A stretch of DNA of 64,000 bases from Candidatus Kerfeldbacteria bacterium (GTDB lineage: Bacteria > Patescibacteriota > Patescibacteriia > UBA10025 > JAHIVO01): the NCBI GenBank assembly GCA_047946875.1, contig CP181398.1, positions 905,041-969,040 on the forward strand. The letters run 5' to 3'. This document shows positions 16,859 through 27,099 of the stretch, piece after piece. Made by a program: the position numbers and the translations under genes. Under the pieces are notes generated by a model. That model did no database searches. It was not told the origin of the DNA and was given only the letters and a program-made list of their open reading frames with translations. Numbering within the stretch: position 1 is the first letter of the stretch; each line of letters starts with the position of its first letter.

Positions 16859-18128
16859 AAATTGGATATTTATCAGATAGTTCTGTAACTTTTTTTCGGA
16901 CTTCTTTTTTTACCAACTCCTTCTTAGAATTATTAATTGTCTTATCTATTAAATCTGCTATCAACTCCATATCCTCTTCTTTAAATCCTCGAGTAGTTAT
17001 AGCTGGTGTTCCTAACCTTATCCCAGATGGATCCATCGGCTTACGCTGATCAAATGGTACAGTATTTTTATTAGTCGTAATACCTATTTCATCTAAAACA
17101 GTTTCCGCTTCCTGTCCAGATATATTCTTATTAGTTAAATCAATCAACATTAAATGATTATCTGTCCCACCAGTTACTAATTTAAAGTCATATTCAATAA
17201 GTCTCTCAGCCAAAGCCTTTGCATTTTTAACAACTTGTTCACCATATTGCTTGAATTCTTTAGTTCCAGCTTCTTTAAGCGCTACAGCTATTGCAGCTGT
17301 CTGATGGTTATGTGGGCCACCTTGTAAACCAGGAAATACTGCCCTATCTACCAAATTGGCTAAATTCCATTTGGACTCAGGATGATATAATTCTTTAAGT
17401 CTATCTTCTGTAGAAGGACACATTATCATTGCACCACGAGGACCCCTAAGCGTCTTATGAGTAGTTGTAGTAACAACATCGGCATGCGGAACAGGAGAAT
17501 TATGAACACCAGCAATGATCAACCCAGCTATATGAGCTACATCTGCTAACAAATAAGCATCAACCTCTTTGGCAATTTTAGCAAATGCAGCAAAATCAAT
17601 TTCCCGAGGATAAGCCGATGCACCAGCAATTATCAATTTAGGTCTTTCTTCTTTTGCTCTTTTTAATATTCGATCGTAGTCTAGTCTGTGTGTCTCTTCA
17701 TTCACTCCATAAGGAGCTGGATGATAATATATACCAGAAAAACTAACTTTCCATCCATGAGTCAGATGACCACCATGAGTCAGGCTCATCCCCATTATCT
17801 TATCTCCTGGTTTTAACAATGCCATATAAACAGCTTGATTAGCCGGAGAACCAGAATATGACTGAACATTTACATGCTCAACATTAAAAAGTTTTTTTGC
17901 TCTTGCTATTGCTGTTTTCTCGACTACATCAATAAATTCATTACCACCATAATACCTTTTGTTAGGATAACCTTCTGAATATTTATTAGTTAAGACAGAG
18001 CCAAGTGCTTCCAAAACCGCAGGAGAAACAAAATTTTCAGATGGGATCATTTCTAATCCACCTTGTTGTCTTCCAATCTCATCTCCAATTGCCTGATATA
18101 TTTTTTTGTCCTCTTTTAACTCCTTCAT
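16839..18128 (-). CDS. glyA: Serine hydroxymethyltransferase
   Basis: 429 aa with the SHMT PLP-site region (HKTLRGPRG). It is adjacent to folD. Confidence 0.9.
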   Translation of the reverse strand: MKELKEDKKIYQAIGDEIGRQQGGLEMIPSENFVSPAVLEALGSVLTNKYSEGYPNKRYYGGNEFIDVVEKTAIARAKKLFNVEHVNVQSYSGSPANQAVYMALLKPGDKIMGMSLTHGGHLTHGWKVSFSGIYYHPAPYGVNEETHRLDYDRILKRAKEERPKLIIAGASAYPREIDFAAFAKIAKEVDAYLLADVAHIAGLIIAGVHNSPVPHADVVTTTTHKTLRGPRGAMIMCPSTEDRLKELYHPESKWNLANLVDRAVFPGLQGGPHNHQTAAIAVALKEAGTKEFKQYGEQVVKNAKALAERLIEYDFKLVTGGTDNHLMLIDLTNKNISGQEAETVLDEIGITTNKNTVPFDQRKPMDPSGIRLGTPAITTRGFKEEDMELIADLIDKTINNSKKELVKKEVRKKVTELSDKYPIYENLRR

Positions 18129-18353
18129 AACTCTATTTTACTGGAAAAACTAAAACAAAGCAAAGAAAAGGAAAAAACCATTAATACTATCTACAATTTG
18201 ACCAGTCACCATTTTATACTAAGATTACTTAATTAAAAATAAATATAAACACAAAAGAAACTTTGAAAAAAATGGAGTAATTATGTTAAACATTAACCTT
18301 AAACAAACACAAATCAAAATCCGTATGTTGACCATACGGATTTTTTATTATCT

Positions 18354-20897
18354 TTAGTTTATACCAGTATCTGGGCAGAGGTAGTAATCAGGATGTGTAA
18401 TACAATAAGATTCATCAAAATGGCAGGCATAATTTACTCCATCTCCTGATGTACAGCTATGAATAGATGGACAACCACACGTTTGGCAGTCGGAGTCTTC
18501 TAAAGTACCATCGTTGCAAAGTTGACCACTATCACCTACTTGATTGCACTGACCTGATATAGTTCCATCACTACATGTTAATTCACAATACCCATCATTA
18601 CACAATTCACCGGTCGAACATGTACCGCAATCACTACACCCATAGATTCCACATTCACGATCGCCACATGTATTTGGCGCTTGTTCATTAGAACAAAAAG
18701 CATCAATTTCTCCAGGATTATTACATACATCAAATGTACATCCGTCAGCATCACGACAATCTGAATCCTCTAAACATATAGTGCATACCCCCTCAGAACA
18801 TACAGCGGAACAGGTTTGATATTGTCGCTGTTCACAAACACCAATATTACCACTTCCGTTTGTACAATAATATTCATAAGCATCATTTAATACACACATA
18901 CCACCATAAGTTCCAGATGCATCAGTGCATGTTCCTGGGTGAATATTTGGTTCACTTTCATATGTATCAGTACATTCTCCTTGGATACAAATTGGACCAC
19001 CCGTAGCATTCATATCACAAGCATAATCATTAGGACAATCGCAAACTAAACAATCCGACTCTACAAAGGCGCCATCAATACAAAGTCGCCCATAATCACC
19101 TACCATGTCACATTGACCGGAGGGTGTGCCATCTATACAAGCATCCCCTATATCGGTAGGAATATCATTAAAAATTATTTTTACAGTCAATCTAGAGTTT
19201 TCTGGATTATCTTCATCAATATAAATTGCTTCCACGGAAACTGTGGTATAACTTTCTGGATCATTAAAAGAAGCTCCCACTTCAAGTGCCGGATAGCCCT
19301 CATTTCGATAAGAATAAATCGCTTCAATACCATCAGGCATAAAAAGATAAGAAAAATTAGCTGGACCATAATATGTATCTAACCATCCTGCATCAATATG
19401 CAACAATGCGCCATTATATATATTGTTATAAAAAGGCCAACCTCCCATTCCAGAATCAAAGCCAATGAGTTGCCGAAATTCTACATATAAATACTCTTCT
19501 TCATCTACCCGTGGAATCATTAATGCTTTAAGTCCATTTGTATTGGTTTCTATTGGTTCTAGAGTATAGATACCATTATCTGTTACTGTTTGTTCAGTCA
19601 CCAATGCTCTTCTGCCTTCTCCTGTATTTTGATCCCAATCCGTAAACCAGCCACTTTCCTGTTTATGCTTGGCATTATAATGGTTTACACCTAAATTACC
19701 CATTACATCGAATCTATCACCATACTCGTTAAAATATTCACAGTTTTCCGGATCAAAAGGAAGTGAAAAAATATTACATCCATAAAATGCAGCATGATCA
19801 TGACCAAAACTGTGTCCAAATTCATGAGCTATCGGTACGGGCAGGGAAGTGGCACTCAAATAACCATCTTGGCCATCCCAGTCAGTATTGATCAAAATTA
19901 CATCAATATCCATACTACTACCATCTGATAATATGAACTGACGGTGACCTCCACCAAGACCTCCCCACCAGCAACCCATCGGTGCAATTATGGCCAGCTT
20001 TCCATTTTGATCATACTGCGCCAAATCCACAATTTCATTTTCGTCCAAGTAATCTGCAACATTGATAAACATATAATCCATAACATCACTTAGTTGTGCA
20101 CAAAATTCACTGCTGACTTCACTTGGTTTCTCAAAATCATATACGTAAGCACCAAAATTATCAGCCGGTTTATCTGGATTCACTGCTCCCTTGAAATCAA
20201 CTACTCCATATGAATTTTCAAAATAATAATTATCTACATAGATCATTGAGTCTCTCACTGCCGACAAATGTGGAATGGAATCATAATTCTCATATCCTTC
20301 AAAGATTCCTCTCACTGTTAATGTTTCTTGCGTTCCTATAATAGGAGCTTGGGGATTTTCTGTTTTGTCTGCAGATATAGAAATATCTTCTACATCAAGT
20401 AATATGCCCCCACCATCATTCACCAAATATCCAGTTACTGAAATGATATTACCATGCTTAAGTGGTTGATCAGATGTACCGCTGAAATAAAGAGATGTAG
20501 TTTCTCCATTACTATATAATACATACGATCTTTCTGATTTTTCATTTTCAAAATTATCAGCAATTATTACATAAAGTATTCCTTCACGGGTTACTAATGA
20601 AGATGAACAATCGCTAGTTTTCATTTTTTGCAAATATGTATCATAACTATCCGATATCACTAACTGCTCGACGGTAATAGTTGGACAAACACTAATTGGG
20701 GATACTACTTTTTTTGGAGTTACTAACCTATAAAATGAAAAAAATATTCCCCCAGCCAAAACTATTGAACCAAACACCATAACCAAAACAGAAATCTTTA
20801 TCCAAACTTCTGATTTTTGTTTAGTTGAAACTTCAGTCATAGTATCACTTTGATTAGATTTTATTGTCATATTTTTATCTTTTTTTAGTTTCTTCAT
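18354..20897 (-). CDS. Large secreted or membrane-anchored zinc metalloprotease (metzincin-like HEFGHSFGHDH) with C-terminal Cys-rich repeats
   Basis: 847 aa. The N-terminal TM helix is followed by the HExxHxxGxxH motif and then about 250 aa of Cys-rich (EGF/Kazal-like) repeats. Confidence 0.55.
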   Translation of the reverse strand: MKKLKKDKNMTIKSNQSDTMTEVSTKQKSEVWIKISVLVMVFGSIVLAGGIFFSFYRLVTPKKVVSPISVCPTITVEQLVISDSYDTYLQKMKTSDCSSSLVTREGILYVIIADNFENEKSERSYVLYSNGETTSLYFSGTSDQPLKHGNIISVTGYLVNDGGGILLDVEDISISADKTENPQAPIIGTQETLTVRGIFEGYENYDSIPHLSAVRDSMIYVDNYYFENSYGVVDFKGAVNPDKPADNFGAYVYDFEKPSEVSSEFCAQLSDVMDYMFINVADYLDENEIVDLAQYDQNGKLAIIAPMGCWWGGLGGGHRQFILSDGSSMDIDVILINTDWDGQDGYLSATSLPVPIAHEFGHSFGHDHAAFYGCNIFSLPFDPENCEYFNEYGDRFDVMGNLGVNHYNAKHKQESGWFTDWDQNTGEGRRALVTEQTVTDNGIYTLEPIETNTNGLKALMIPRVDEEEYLYVEFRQLIGFDSGMGGWPFYNNIYNGALLHIDAGWLDTYYGPANFSYLFMPDGIEAIYSYRNEGYPALEVGASFNDPESYTTVSVEAIYIDEDNPENSRLTVKIIFNDIPTDIGDACIDGTPSGQCDMVGDYGRLCIDGAFVESDCLVCDCPNDYACDMNATGGPICIQGECTDTYESEPNIHPGTCTDASGTYGGMCVLNDAYEYYCTNGSGNIGVCEQRQYQTCSAVCSEGVCTICLEDSDCRDADGCTFDVCNNPGEIDAFCSNEQAPNTCGDRECGIYGCSDCGTCSTGELCNDGYCELTCSDGTISGQCNQVGDSGQLCNDGTLEDSDCQTCGCPSIHSCTSGDGVNYACHFDESYCITHPDYYLCPDTGIN

Positions 20898-21058
20898 GCT
20901 TTAATTTCCATTTACTTTTATATTTATATTTTACTTTATAAAACAAAACAAAGCAAAAAAATATCATTATTCTCTAACAACTCTCTTGACATAATAGAAC
21001 TAAAATAATAAGATAATTTAATTGACAATTTATTTTTAATTCAAATAAGGAGATATAC

Positions 21059-21463
21059 GTGCAATTTAATAACATATCTGTTGAAAATGTTGTACCAAAG
21101 AAGAAGTTAAAAAACCCATCACCAACCAACAAATGGGTACGCGTTATCGGTGGACCAGAGGGAGTAAACTTGCAAATACTTGTAGAGGATTGCTCCAAAC
21201 GTCCTATCTTCTCTAAGACTGAAGCCTTGGAAGTAGCTCACCAATTTCTAGAACAAAATCCAGATCCACAGCCAATCCCGATGAAGTCAAAAGAAAAAAG
21301 CTCTAAGTATGCTATATATACTGTGGGCGGAAAAAAAATCTACATCTTTATCGCCCGGCACTATAGACTCGACATTTTGATCTTACTACCACAAAACAAA
21401 ATGTTGGAACCAATCCGAACCGATGATTCGTCTCGAATTCCTAGCTTCTACATGTACAACTAA
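21059..21463 (+). CDS. Hypothetical protein (GTG start; TTGACA -35 and an AAGGAGA RBS lie upstream)
   Basis: 134 aa with no recognisable motif. A promoter-like TTGACA and a Shine-Dalgarno sequence lie within 40 nt upstream. Confidence 0.45.
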   Translation: MQFNNISVENVVPKKKLKNPSPTNKWVRVIGGPEGVNLQILVEDCSKRPIFSKTEALEVAHQFLEQNPDPQPIPMKSKEKSSKYAIYTVGGKKIYIFIARHYRLDILILLPQNKMLEPIRTDDSSRIPSFYMYN

Positions 21464-21486
21464 AATAATGCGTCTAACGCAAACAC

Positions 21487-21520
21487 GCCGTATGTTAATT
21501 ACATACGGCTTTTTTTATTA
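21487..21520 (+). terminator. Rho-independent terminator (gccgtatgt-taat-tacatacggc followed by TTTTTTT)
   Basis: A 9-bp stem plus T-run. Confidence 0.65.
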
Positions 21521-21628
21521 TTAATAAAAAGGTTGATATAAATTTGCTATTTAGAACTTGAGGTCTAGGGTCTTTCTGATCTAAATCTAAAAAAATAAAT
21601 CTGAATAATAGTACTTTATTATAAAATA

Positions 21629-21780
21629 TTACAAAATATACAGATGAGGAATGTCCCGTAGGGTTTAGCTCAACTTAGCGAAGCGTCTTTGAGCTAAAAA
21701 TGAGGAAACAAATATTTTGTTAATTTTATTATAGGTACGAAGATTCTTTTGTTACTTTTCTTGTCTCCAAGAAAAGTAAA
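21629..21780. repeat. 152-bp structured repeat element, copy 2 (about 95% identical to 8591..8742)
   Basis: It aligns directly to copy 1. The CR-I-like 11-mer is altered here to GAGGAATGTCC, and it lacks the GC-rich downstream region found in copy 1. Confidence 0.6.
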
Positions 21781-21824
21781 ATACCAAAAAAAAGATCCTG
21801 AAATAAATTCAGGATGAGAAGGGT

Positions 21825-22208
21825 TTACTTATTATTTAAATACTCACTAACTATTTTCTTCACATTATCTCCAGCGTCATCTGGTAGATTATTTATATCC
21901 AACCATTTCCATTCTCTAATGTCTTCACCGGGCTTTATCTCACCAATCCGCTTAGCTAAATAATGAACCAAGACGACTGCTGTGTCCTCATCTTTTTTTA
22001 CTAACAATGTACTCATTGGTTTAATAATCTCTATCTCAATTCCTAGCTCTTCTTTGGCTTCCCGCTTCGCCACATTCTCTAAATCAAGATCATCATAGCT
22101 TTCCATTCTTCCACCAGGAAATTTCCAAAAATCAGTGTCCCCATGTTTATTTACGAGTACTTTATTATCCTCTATTATTACTGGTCCTGCAGCGATTATA
22201 TGTTTCAT
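21825..22208 (-). CDS. NUDIX hydrolase
   Basis: NUDIX box GGRMESYDDLDLENVAKREAKEELG. I placed the start at MKHIIAAGPVII. Confidence 0.65.
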   Translation of the reverse strand: MKHIIAAGPVIIEDNKVLVNKHGDTDFWKFPGGRMESYDDLDLENVAKREAKEELGIEIEIIKPMSTLLVKKDEDTAVVLVHYLAKRIGEIKPGEDIREWKWLDINNLPDDAGDNVKKIVSEYLNNK

Positions 22209-22298
22209 ATATTTATATTTTAACTTAATTAGATATTGTGTCAATTATTTATATGCTATACTAAATTTATCAATATATCATTATTAAAGTAAAAAAAT

Positions 22299-24569
22299 AT
22301 GAGAAAGAACTTACTATGGAGCTTATTTCTAGTTTTTATTATTGGAATAAGTGTTTTTACCGCATCTAGCGTGTCTAGTATTTCAACTCCCAAATTTGAA
22401 ATGGACACAGATCCCACTTATGTAACTGGTAAATTTGGACAAGCATTAAAAGTTGGACAAGATGATGTTCCAATATATACCTATAACGGCCACGAAGGTC
22501 TTAATCCAATTCAAGGAACTATTGAAGCTTGGGTCAAACCAAACGATTGGACTTCTGACAGTAATGGATATTGGGAAATCTTAAGCGCTGTAAATCAAGA
22601 CAAAAAAGATATTTTTGAGTTTAGAAGAGGTAAAGATACTAGATATGATCTAATGCAATTTATTGCCTATAAATCAAATGGATCTTTTCAGGCATGGCGC
22701 AACCCACTAACTTACAATTTTACTTGGCAAAATAATGAATGGGCTCATCTTGTCATGACTTGGTCAGAAACAGACACGCCAACTGTATACGTTAATGGTG
22801 TAGCTCATGAATTTGAAGGTGGCTATGGTGAAACAACCTGGGATATTAGAGACTTCACAAGTGGTAAAATATTTTTAGGACAAAGGGGAAATGAATATGT
22901 AAGAAACAACAACTATTACAATCACGCAGGCCGAGCAACTTTCGACGAAGTTAGAGTTTCAAGTAAAGTTCGATCTGAAGAAGAAATAATAGCAAATTAT
23001 AATTCTGGAAATGGAAAACTATTAACAGCGGACGAAGATACATTATGGCTAGCTCATTTTGACAGTTCTTTGGATATAGACACTTACACTACGAGCAGTG
23101 ATAATGCTTTATGGTTAAAAAGAGAAGTAAGAAAATGTGATGATCAAACTATTAATACAACACATCCGAATGAAGGCGATCAAGATTTTGAAGTAGGTAG
23201 CTATTCTAACTATACCTGTGGCAATAGACATCAGGCACAATGTAATAATGATGGAACTTTTGATAATTATTATTCCGAGACATGTTATTACAAAAAAACT
23301 GGCGAACGCGTAACTTCTACAACCCTTAAGGCTGTACAAATCGATGGAGCATACCTAAAAGCTGAGTGGGTACCAGCAATACATAATGATAAATTTGAAT
23401 CATATGTATTGGCAATATCCTATGATGATGATACACCTAGTTATCCAGAAAACAATACTGGATGGTCCAGCAATGTACAAACAAAAAGCCAACTACGCAT
23501 TCCTCATTCGGAACTGTATTTTAATGATAATGTTAATACAAAACTTGAAATTGGCAAAACGTACCATGTTGCGATTGGCGTACGTGACACCAATGGACAT
23601 GTAAAAATGAGTAATGCAGTCGAATTTACTGTTCCTGATTTTAAACAATTCTTTGCATATAACGAAAAATTAAGCGGTGGTTATAATATTTTTGCAAAAG
23701 ATACTAATGGCAATGGCATCGCAGAAATTATTACCGGTACTGGTGATGGCCTTGGTCCTCAAATCAGCATATTCAATAGTGAAGGCGTTGTATTGGGCAG
23801 ATGCTTTGCATATGCGGAACATCTTAGATCGGGAGTAAGAGTCACTGTAGCTGACTTAGATGGTGATAATTCTTCTGAAATAATTACTGCTGCAGGTCCT
23901 AGTGGTCGTCCTCATATACAAATATTCAATAATAGATGTCAACGTTTATCACCCGGCTTCTTCGCCCTAGATGGACAATTTCAAGGAGGAACTCATGTAA
24001 CTTCTGGGGATATTGATGGTGATGGTGATGACGAAATCATTGTTACTGCCGGTAAAGGCGGTGGTGCTCAAGTCATGGCTTATGATAAAAATGGAAATAC
24101 ATTACTAAACTTTTTTGCCTACGATAAAGATACTTTCCGAGGAGGAATCAAAGCCACGGCCATAGATATTGATGGTGATGGTATCGATGAAATTGTTACC
24201 GGACCAGAATATGGATCACCTCACATACAAATATTTCAGATTAGAAATGGAGAGGCTCATCTCCTAAATCCTGGATTTTATGCTTTTTCCACAGATTTTA
24301 AAGGTGGTGTATCAGTAACTGGCGCAGATGTAAATGGTGATGATGTTAATGAAATTGTAGTTAGCGTAGGGCATGAATCAGCCTCCTTGATTAGAGTATT
24401 CAATAAAGATGGGTCAATATTTAGAAATGATTATTATACATACACCGAAGATTTTGAAGGTGGTATAAATGTTACATCTGGAGATCTTAATGGAGATGGT
24501 AGAGATGAAATTTTAACTATTCCTGCATCGGAAGGACAACCTAACGTAAGACGTTTCAATTTTTACTAA
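22299..24569 (+). CDS. Secreted protein with a LamG/concanavalin-like region and about six FG-GAP (integrin-alpha-like beta-propeller) repeats
   Basis: 756 aa with a signal peptide. The repeated DxDGDxxxEIxxxxG...IQIFN units are typical of FG-GAP/VCBS repeats. Confidence 0.6.
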   Translation: MRKNLLWSLFLVFIIGISVFTASSVSSISTPKFEMDTDPTYVTGKFGQALKVGQDDVPIYTYNGHEGLNPIQGTIEAWVKPNDWTSDSNGYWEILSAVNQDKKDIFEFRRGKDTRYDLMQFIAYKSNGSFQAWRNPLTYNFTWQNNEWAHLVMTWSETDTPTVYVNGVAHEFEGGYGETTWDIRDFTSGKIFLGQRGNEYVRNNNYYNHAGRATFDEVRVSSKVRSEEEIIANYNSGNGKLLTADEDTLWLAHFDSSLDIDTYTTSSDNALWLKREVRKCDDQTINTTHPNEGDQDFEVGSYSNYTCGNRHQAQCNNDGTFDNYYSETCYYKKTGERVTSTTLKAVQIDGAYLKAEWVPAIHNDKFESYVLAISYDDDTPSYPENNTGWSSNVQTKSQLRIPHSELYFNDNVNTKLEIGKTYHVAIGVRDTNGHVKMSNAVEFTVPDFKQFFAYNEKLSGGYNIFAKDTNGNGIAEIITGTGDGLGPQISIFNSEGVVLGRCFAYAEHLRSGVRVTVADLDGDNSSEIITAAGPSGRPHIQIFNNRCQRLSPGFFALDGQFQGGTHVTSGDIDGDGDDEIIVTAGKGGGAQVMAYDKNGNTLLNFFAYDKDTFRGGIKATAIDIDGDGIDEIVTGPEYGSPHIQIFQIRNGEAHLLNPGFYAFSTDFKGGVSVTGADVNGDDVNEIVVSVGHESASLIRVFNKDGSIFRNDYYTYTEDFEGGINVTSGDLNGDGRDEILTIPASEGQPNVRRFNFY

Positions 24570-24591
24570 GAAACAAATTTCATAAACAAAA

Positions 24592-24620
24592 AAACGGGGA
24601 GCAGTAACTACTTCCCGTTT
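24592..24620. terminator. Bidirectional terminator hairpin (aaacgggg-agcagtaactact-tcccgttt) between convergent genes
   Basis: An 8-bp stem flanked by A-rich and T-rich tracts. Confidence 0.5.
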
Positions 24621-24642
24621 GTCATTTAACATCAATTCGTGT

Positions 24643-25221
24643 TTATTCCAACAAAGGATTCGGAACATCTGGCACAGGAGCCTTGCCAGCACCAAATAAC
24701 ACTTTGAAAAAACCACGCTTAGAATCTTGCTGATACTTTTTGGTCCATTGCGTCATCCAGTTAAGTTGAGTCTGAAGATCTGCACGATCGCCCTTCAACG
24801 CGTCATTCAAATAATTGACATTCCACAGATCATTGTTCAAAGATGTTACTTTTTCATCTTTTTCTTCAATGGCACACCGCTGAACTTCATACGAGACTTC
24901 GTAACTGACCAACATAGCCGGAATAACCTCATCCCTTGCTTGAGCTAGTTGAGCATTGAGTTTGCTATTCTCAGCTGTTAGTAGTTGATTCTCCGCATAA
25001 ATCAATTCACTTCTTGCAATAGCATTGTTAACTACTGGTTGTAGTGAATCAACAAGATTTTTCAAAAAACTTTGCAAAGAATCAATCCGTACCTGCTTGG
25101 CATCAACTACTACTGCCTCGTCCTTGTCGTTTTTACTGTACTTATCAGTTTCCTGGATACAGCTACCCATAACAAATACAAACAACAAAAGAATTGGAAT
25201 TAATACAATTCTACGAAACAT
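24643..25221 (-). CDS. Lipoprotein with a coiled-coil region (hypothetical); GC content above background
   Basis: Lipobox-like FVMGSC. The Q/L/E-rich sequence is predicted to form a coiled coil. Confidence 0.5.
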   Translation of the reverse strand: MFRRIVLIPILLLFVFVMGSCIQETDKYSKNDKDEAVVVDAKQVRIDSLQSFLKNLVDSLQPVVNNAIARSELIYAENQLLTAENSKLNAQLAQARDEVIPAMLVSYEVSYEVQRCAIEEKDEKVTSLNNDLWNVNYLNDALKGDRADLQTQLNWMTQWTKKYQQDSKRGFFKVLFGAGKAPVPDVPNPLLE

Positions 25222-25351
25222 TGTTACCTCCTACTGATTTTAAAGGTTCTATTATTATCAACTAATTTCATATTGATAAACAATCTTATCAATAAATGTG
25301 TAATACTGTCAACTACTTTACATTGTTATTAAAGAATGAGAAAATTGATAT

Positions 25352-25828
25352 ATGAATCATTCAATTAAAGTAGGATTTAGTTTTGGATTAACGTCAGCGG
25401 TTATTACTACTCTTGGATTAATGGTTGGCCTTGAAGCAGGTACTTCATCACGCCTAGCTGTAATCGGTGGAGTTATTACTATCGCGATTGCTGATGCATT
25501 TTCTGATGCCCTTGGCATCCATGTAGCAGAAGAGTCAGAAAATAAACACACAACCAAAGAGATTTGGATGTCTACTATTTCTACATTCTTAACCAAATCT
25601 ATTTTTGCTTCAATTTTTATTATTCCTTTAGTAATGTTGAACCTATCAACAGCTATAATTGTAAGTATTATTTTTGGACTATTATTAATGTCCGTCTTTA
25701 GTTATATCTTGGCAAAACAACAAGAAGTAAAACCTTGGCATATTGTCGGAGAACATTTATTGATAGCGATAGTTGTAATTACAATTACTCACTACTTAGG
25801 CGTTTGGATATCAAATACATTTAATTAA
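25352..25828 (+). CDS. Small polytopic membrane protein (hypothetical; possibly a VIT1/CCC1-like fragment)
   Basis: 158 aa with four or five hydrophobic helices. Confidence 0.45.
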   Translation: MNHSIKVGFSFGLTSAVITTLGLMVGLEAGTSSRLAVIGGVITIAIADAFSDALGIHVAEESENKHTTKEIWMSTISTFLTKSIFASIFIIPLVMLNLSTAIIVSIIFGLLLMSVFSYILAKQQEVKPWHIVGEHLLIAIVVITITHYLGVWISNTFN

Positions 25829-25898
25829 AATAAAAAAAAGACGGTCAGTGGATTTTGACCGTCTCAATGTTAAAATATGCGTACTAATGTACTATTGA

Positions 25899-26609
25899 CT
25901 ACTCTTCGGGATTAGTGTCTTTGTCTCCGTCGGACACGTTGTCCGTCGAATCCATGTCGGCTTCCGGGACATCGGTATCAGCGATAGTTCTTGCCGTATC
26001 AAGGAAGTTGGCAAGCGGAGTATCGGAATCGATTCCGACTTCTGCGCGAGAAACACCAAGAAGATCCATCTGAACGTTCAACTTCTGGAACTGACTAAAG
26101 ATCTCTCTCAGAGTATCATTAGCGTAACCAACCGATTTCGTCACTTCAGATACATTACCATCATGCTCGAAACGGCCCAGATCGATAAGCATCTGGTCGG
26201 AATTGATGCAAAGAGTTTCATTGACCATGAGAGCCAATGTATTTGCTTCTTCGACCATCTTACGGACATGAGCCGCTTTGCTCTCAACACTACCAGCAGA
26301 ACAACCGGACTCTGCTTCCTGCAAAGTCTTGGTCGCCGAATTGATCGCATAGATGAAATTAATCATGCTGGTTACATCGCAGGCATTGTCAATATCACAA
26401 GTTCTTAAAGCATCAAGATAATTATACGGTTTATTTCCTTTGACCGCATCAGATACTACCATAACGAAATTACGATAAGTATCAGATATTTCATTTGATG
26501 CATGAAGATCGTCCTGTGATTGCTGAAGATCCTTTTTGAGTGTGTTGCATCTGATGATAAAGCCGATTACGATAGCCACTAAGACTACGATTGTAAAAGC
26601 TTCAAACAT
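25899..26609 (-). CDS. Membrane-anchored hypothetical protein with an acidic C-terminal tail; GC about 45%, well above background
   Basis: 236 aa with an N-terminal TM helix and no recognisable motif. Its composition differs sharply from neighbouring genes. Confidence 0.5.
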   Translation of the reverse strand: MFEAFTIVVLVAIVIGFIIRCNTLKKDLQQSQDDLHASNEISDTYRNFVMVVSDAVKGNKPYNYLDALRTCDIDNACDVTSMINFIYAINSATKTLQEAESGCSAGSVESKAAHVRKMVEEANTLALMVNETLCINSDQMLIDLGRFEHDGNVSEVTKSVGYANDTLREIFSQFQKLNVQMDLLGVSRAEVGIDSDTPLANFLDTARTIADTDVPEADMDSTDNVSDGDKDTNPEE

Positions 26610-26971
26610 ACCAACCTCCGTTTGTGTTTTCTCCCCGAAAGGAGTCTTTTAGTTTATGTTGTAAATTTTCATTCATTTATATATTTTATCCACTATTATG
26701 AGCGTATATATTATCCGCACAGAAACTAGATAAAAAAATTAGGTCCTAACTTATAAGAGAGCACCTGCAATAGTAAATCTATTTGTATCGATTTTATGCT
26801 CTCTCCTTCACGAAATCAGATACGGTTATTGAATTTTTTATGTATAACATATCAGCATACACCCACATGCTTATCTTGTCAAGAGTTAATACACAAAAAA
26901 TGGCTAATATTAGCCATAATTAATATTATATTAAACTTTATAACTTAATTTATTTTTTCTGGCTGGGGTTC

Positions 26972-27066
26972 CGCCAAAGGCGGACAGGCTGGGGGATTCA
27001 TTAAGCCAATACCAAATAGTAACAATAAATTTACTGAGGAGCGCATTGAAGCCCCCAGCAGTTTTT
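26972..27066. other. GC-rich structured element: ccgcc-aaa-ggcgg hairpin plus a long-range stem GGCTGGGGGATTCA...TGAAGCCCCCAGC followed by a T-run
   Basis: A roughly 12-bp imperfect stem encloses about 50 nt, and a perfect 18-nt palindrome ATGGCTAATATTAGCCAT lies at about 26905. The element is downstream of the Elp3 gene's 3' end. Confidence 0.4.
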
Positions 27067-27099
27067 TGTTACTTTTTTGCTGTCAAAAAAGTATAAAGA

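Noticed and set aside
26163-26408. 81-aa plus-strand ORF opposite the GC-rich hypothetical protein gene
   Set aside because: It is antisense to the longer 236-aa ORF, which has a TM-anchored layout. The high GC of the island inflates spurious ORF lengths.
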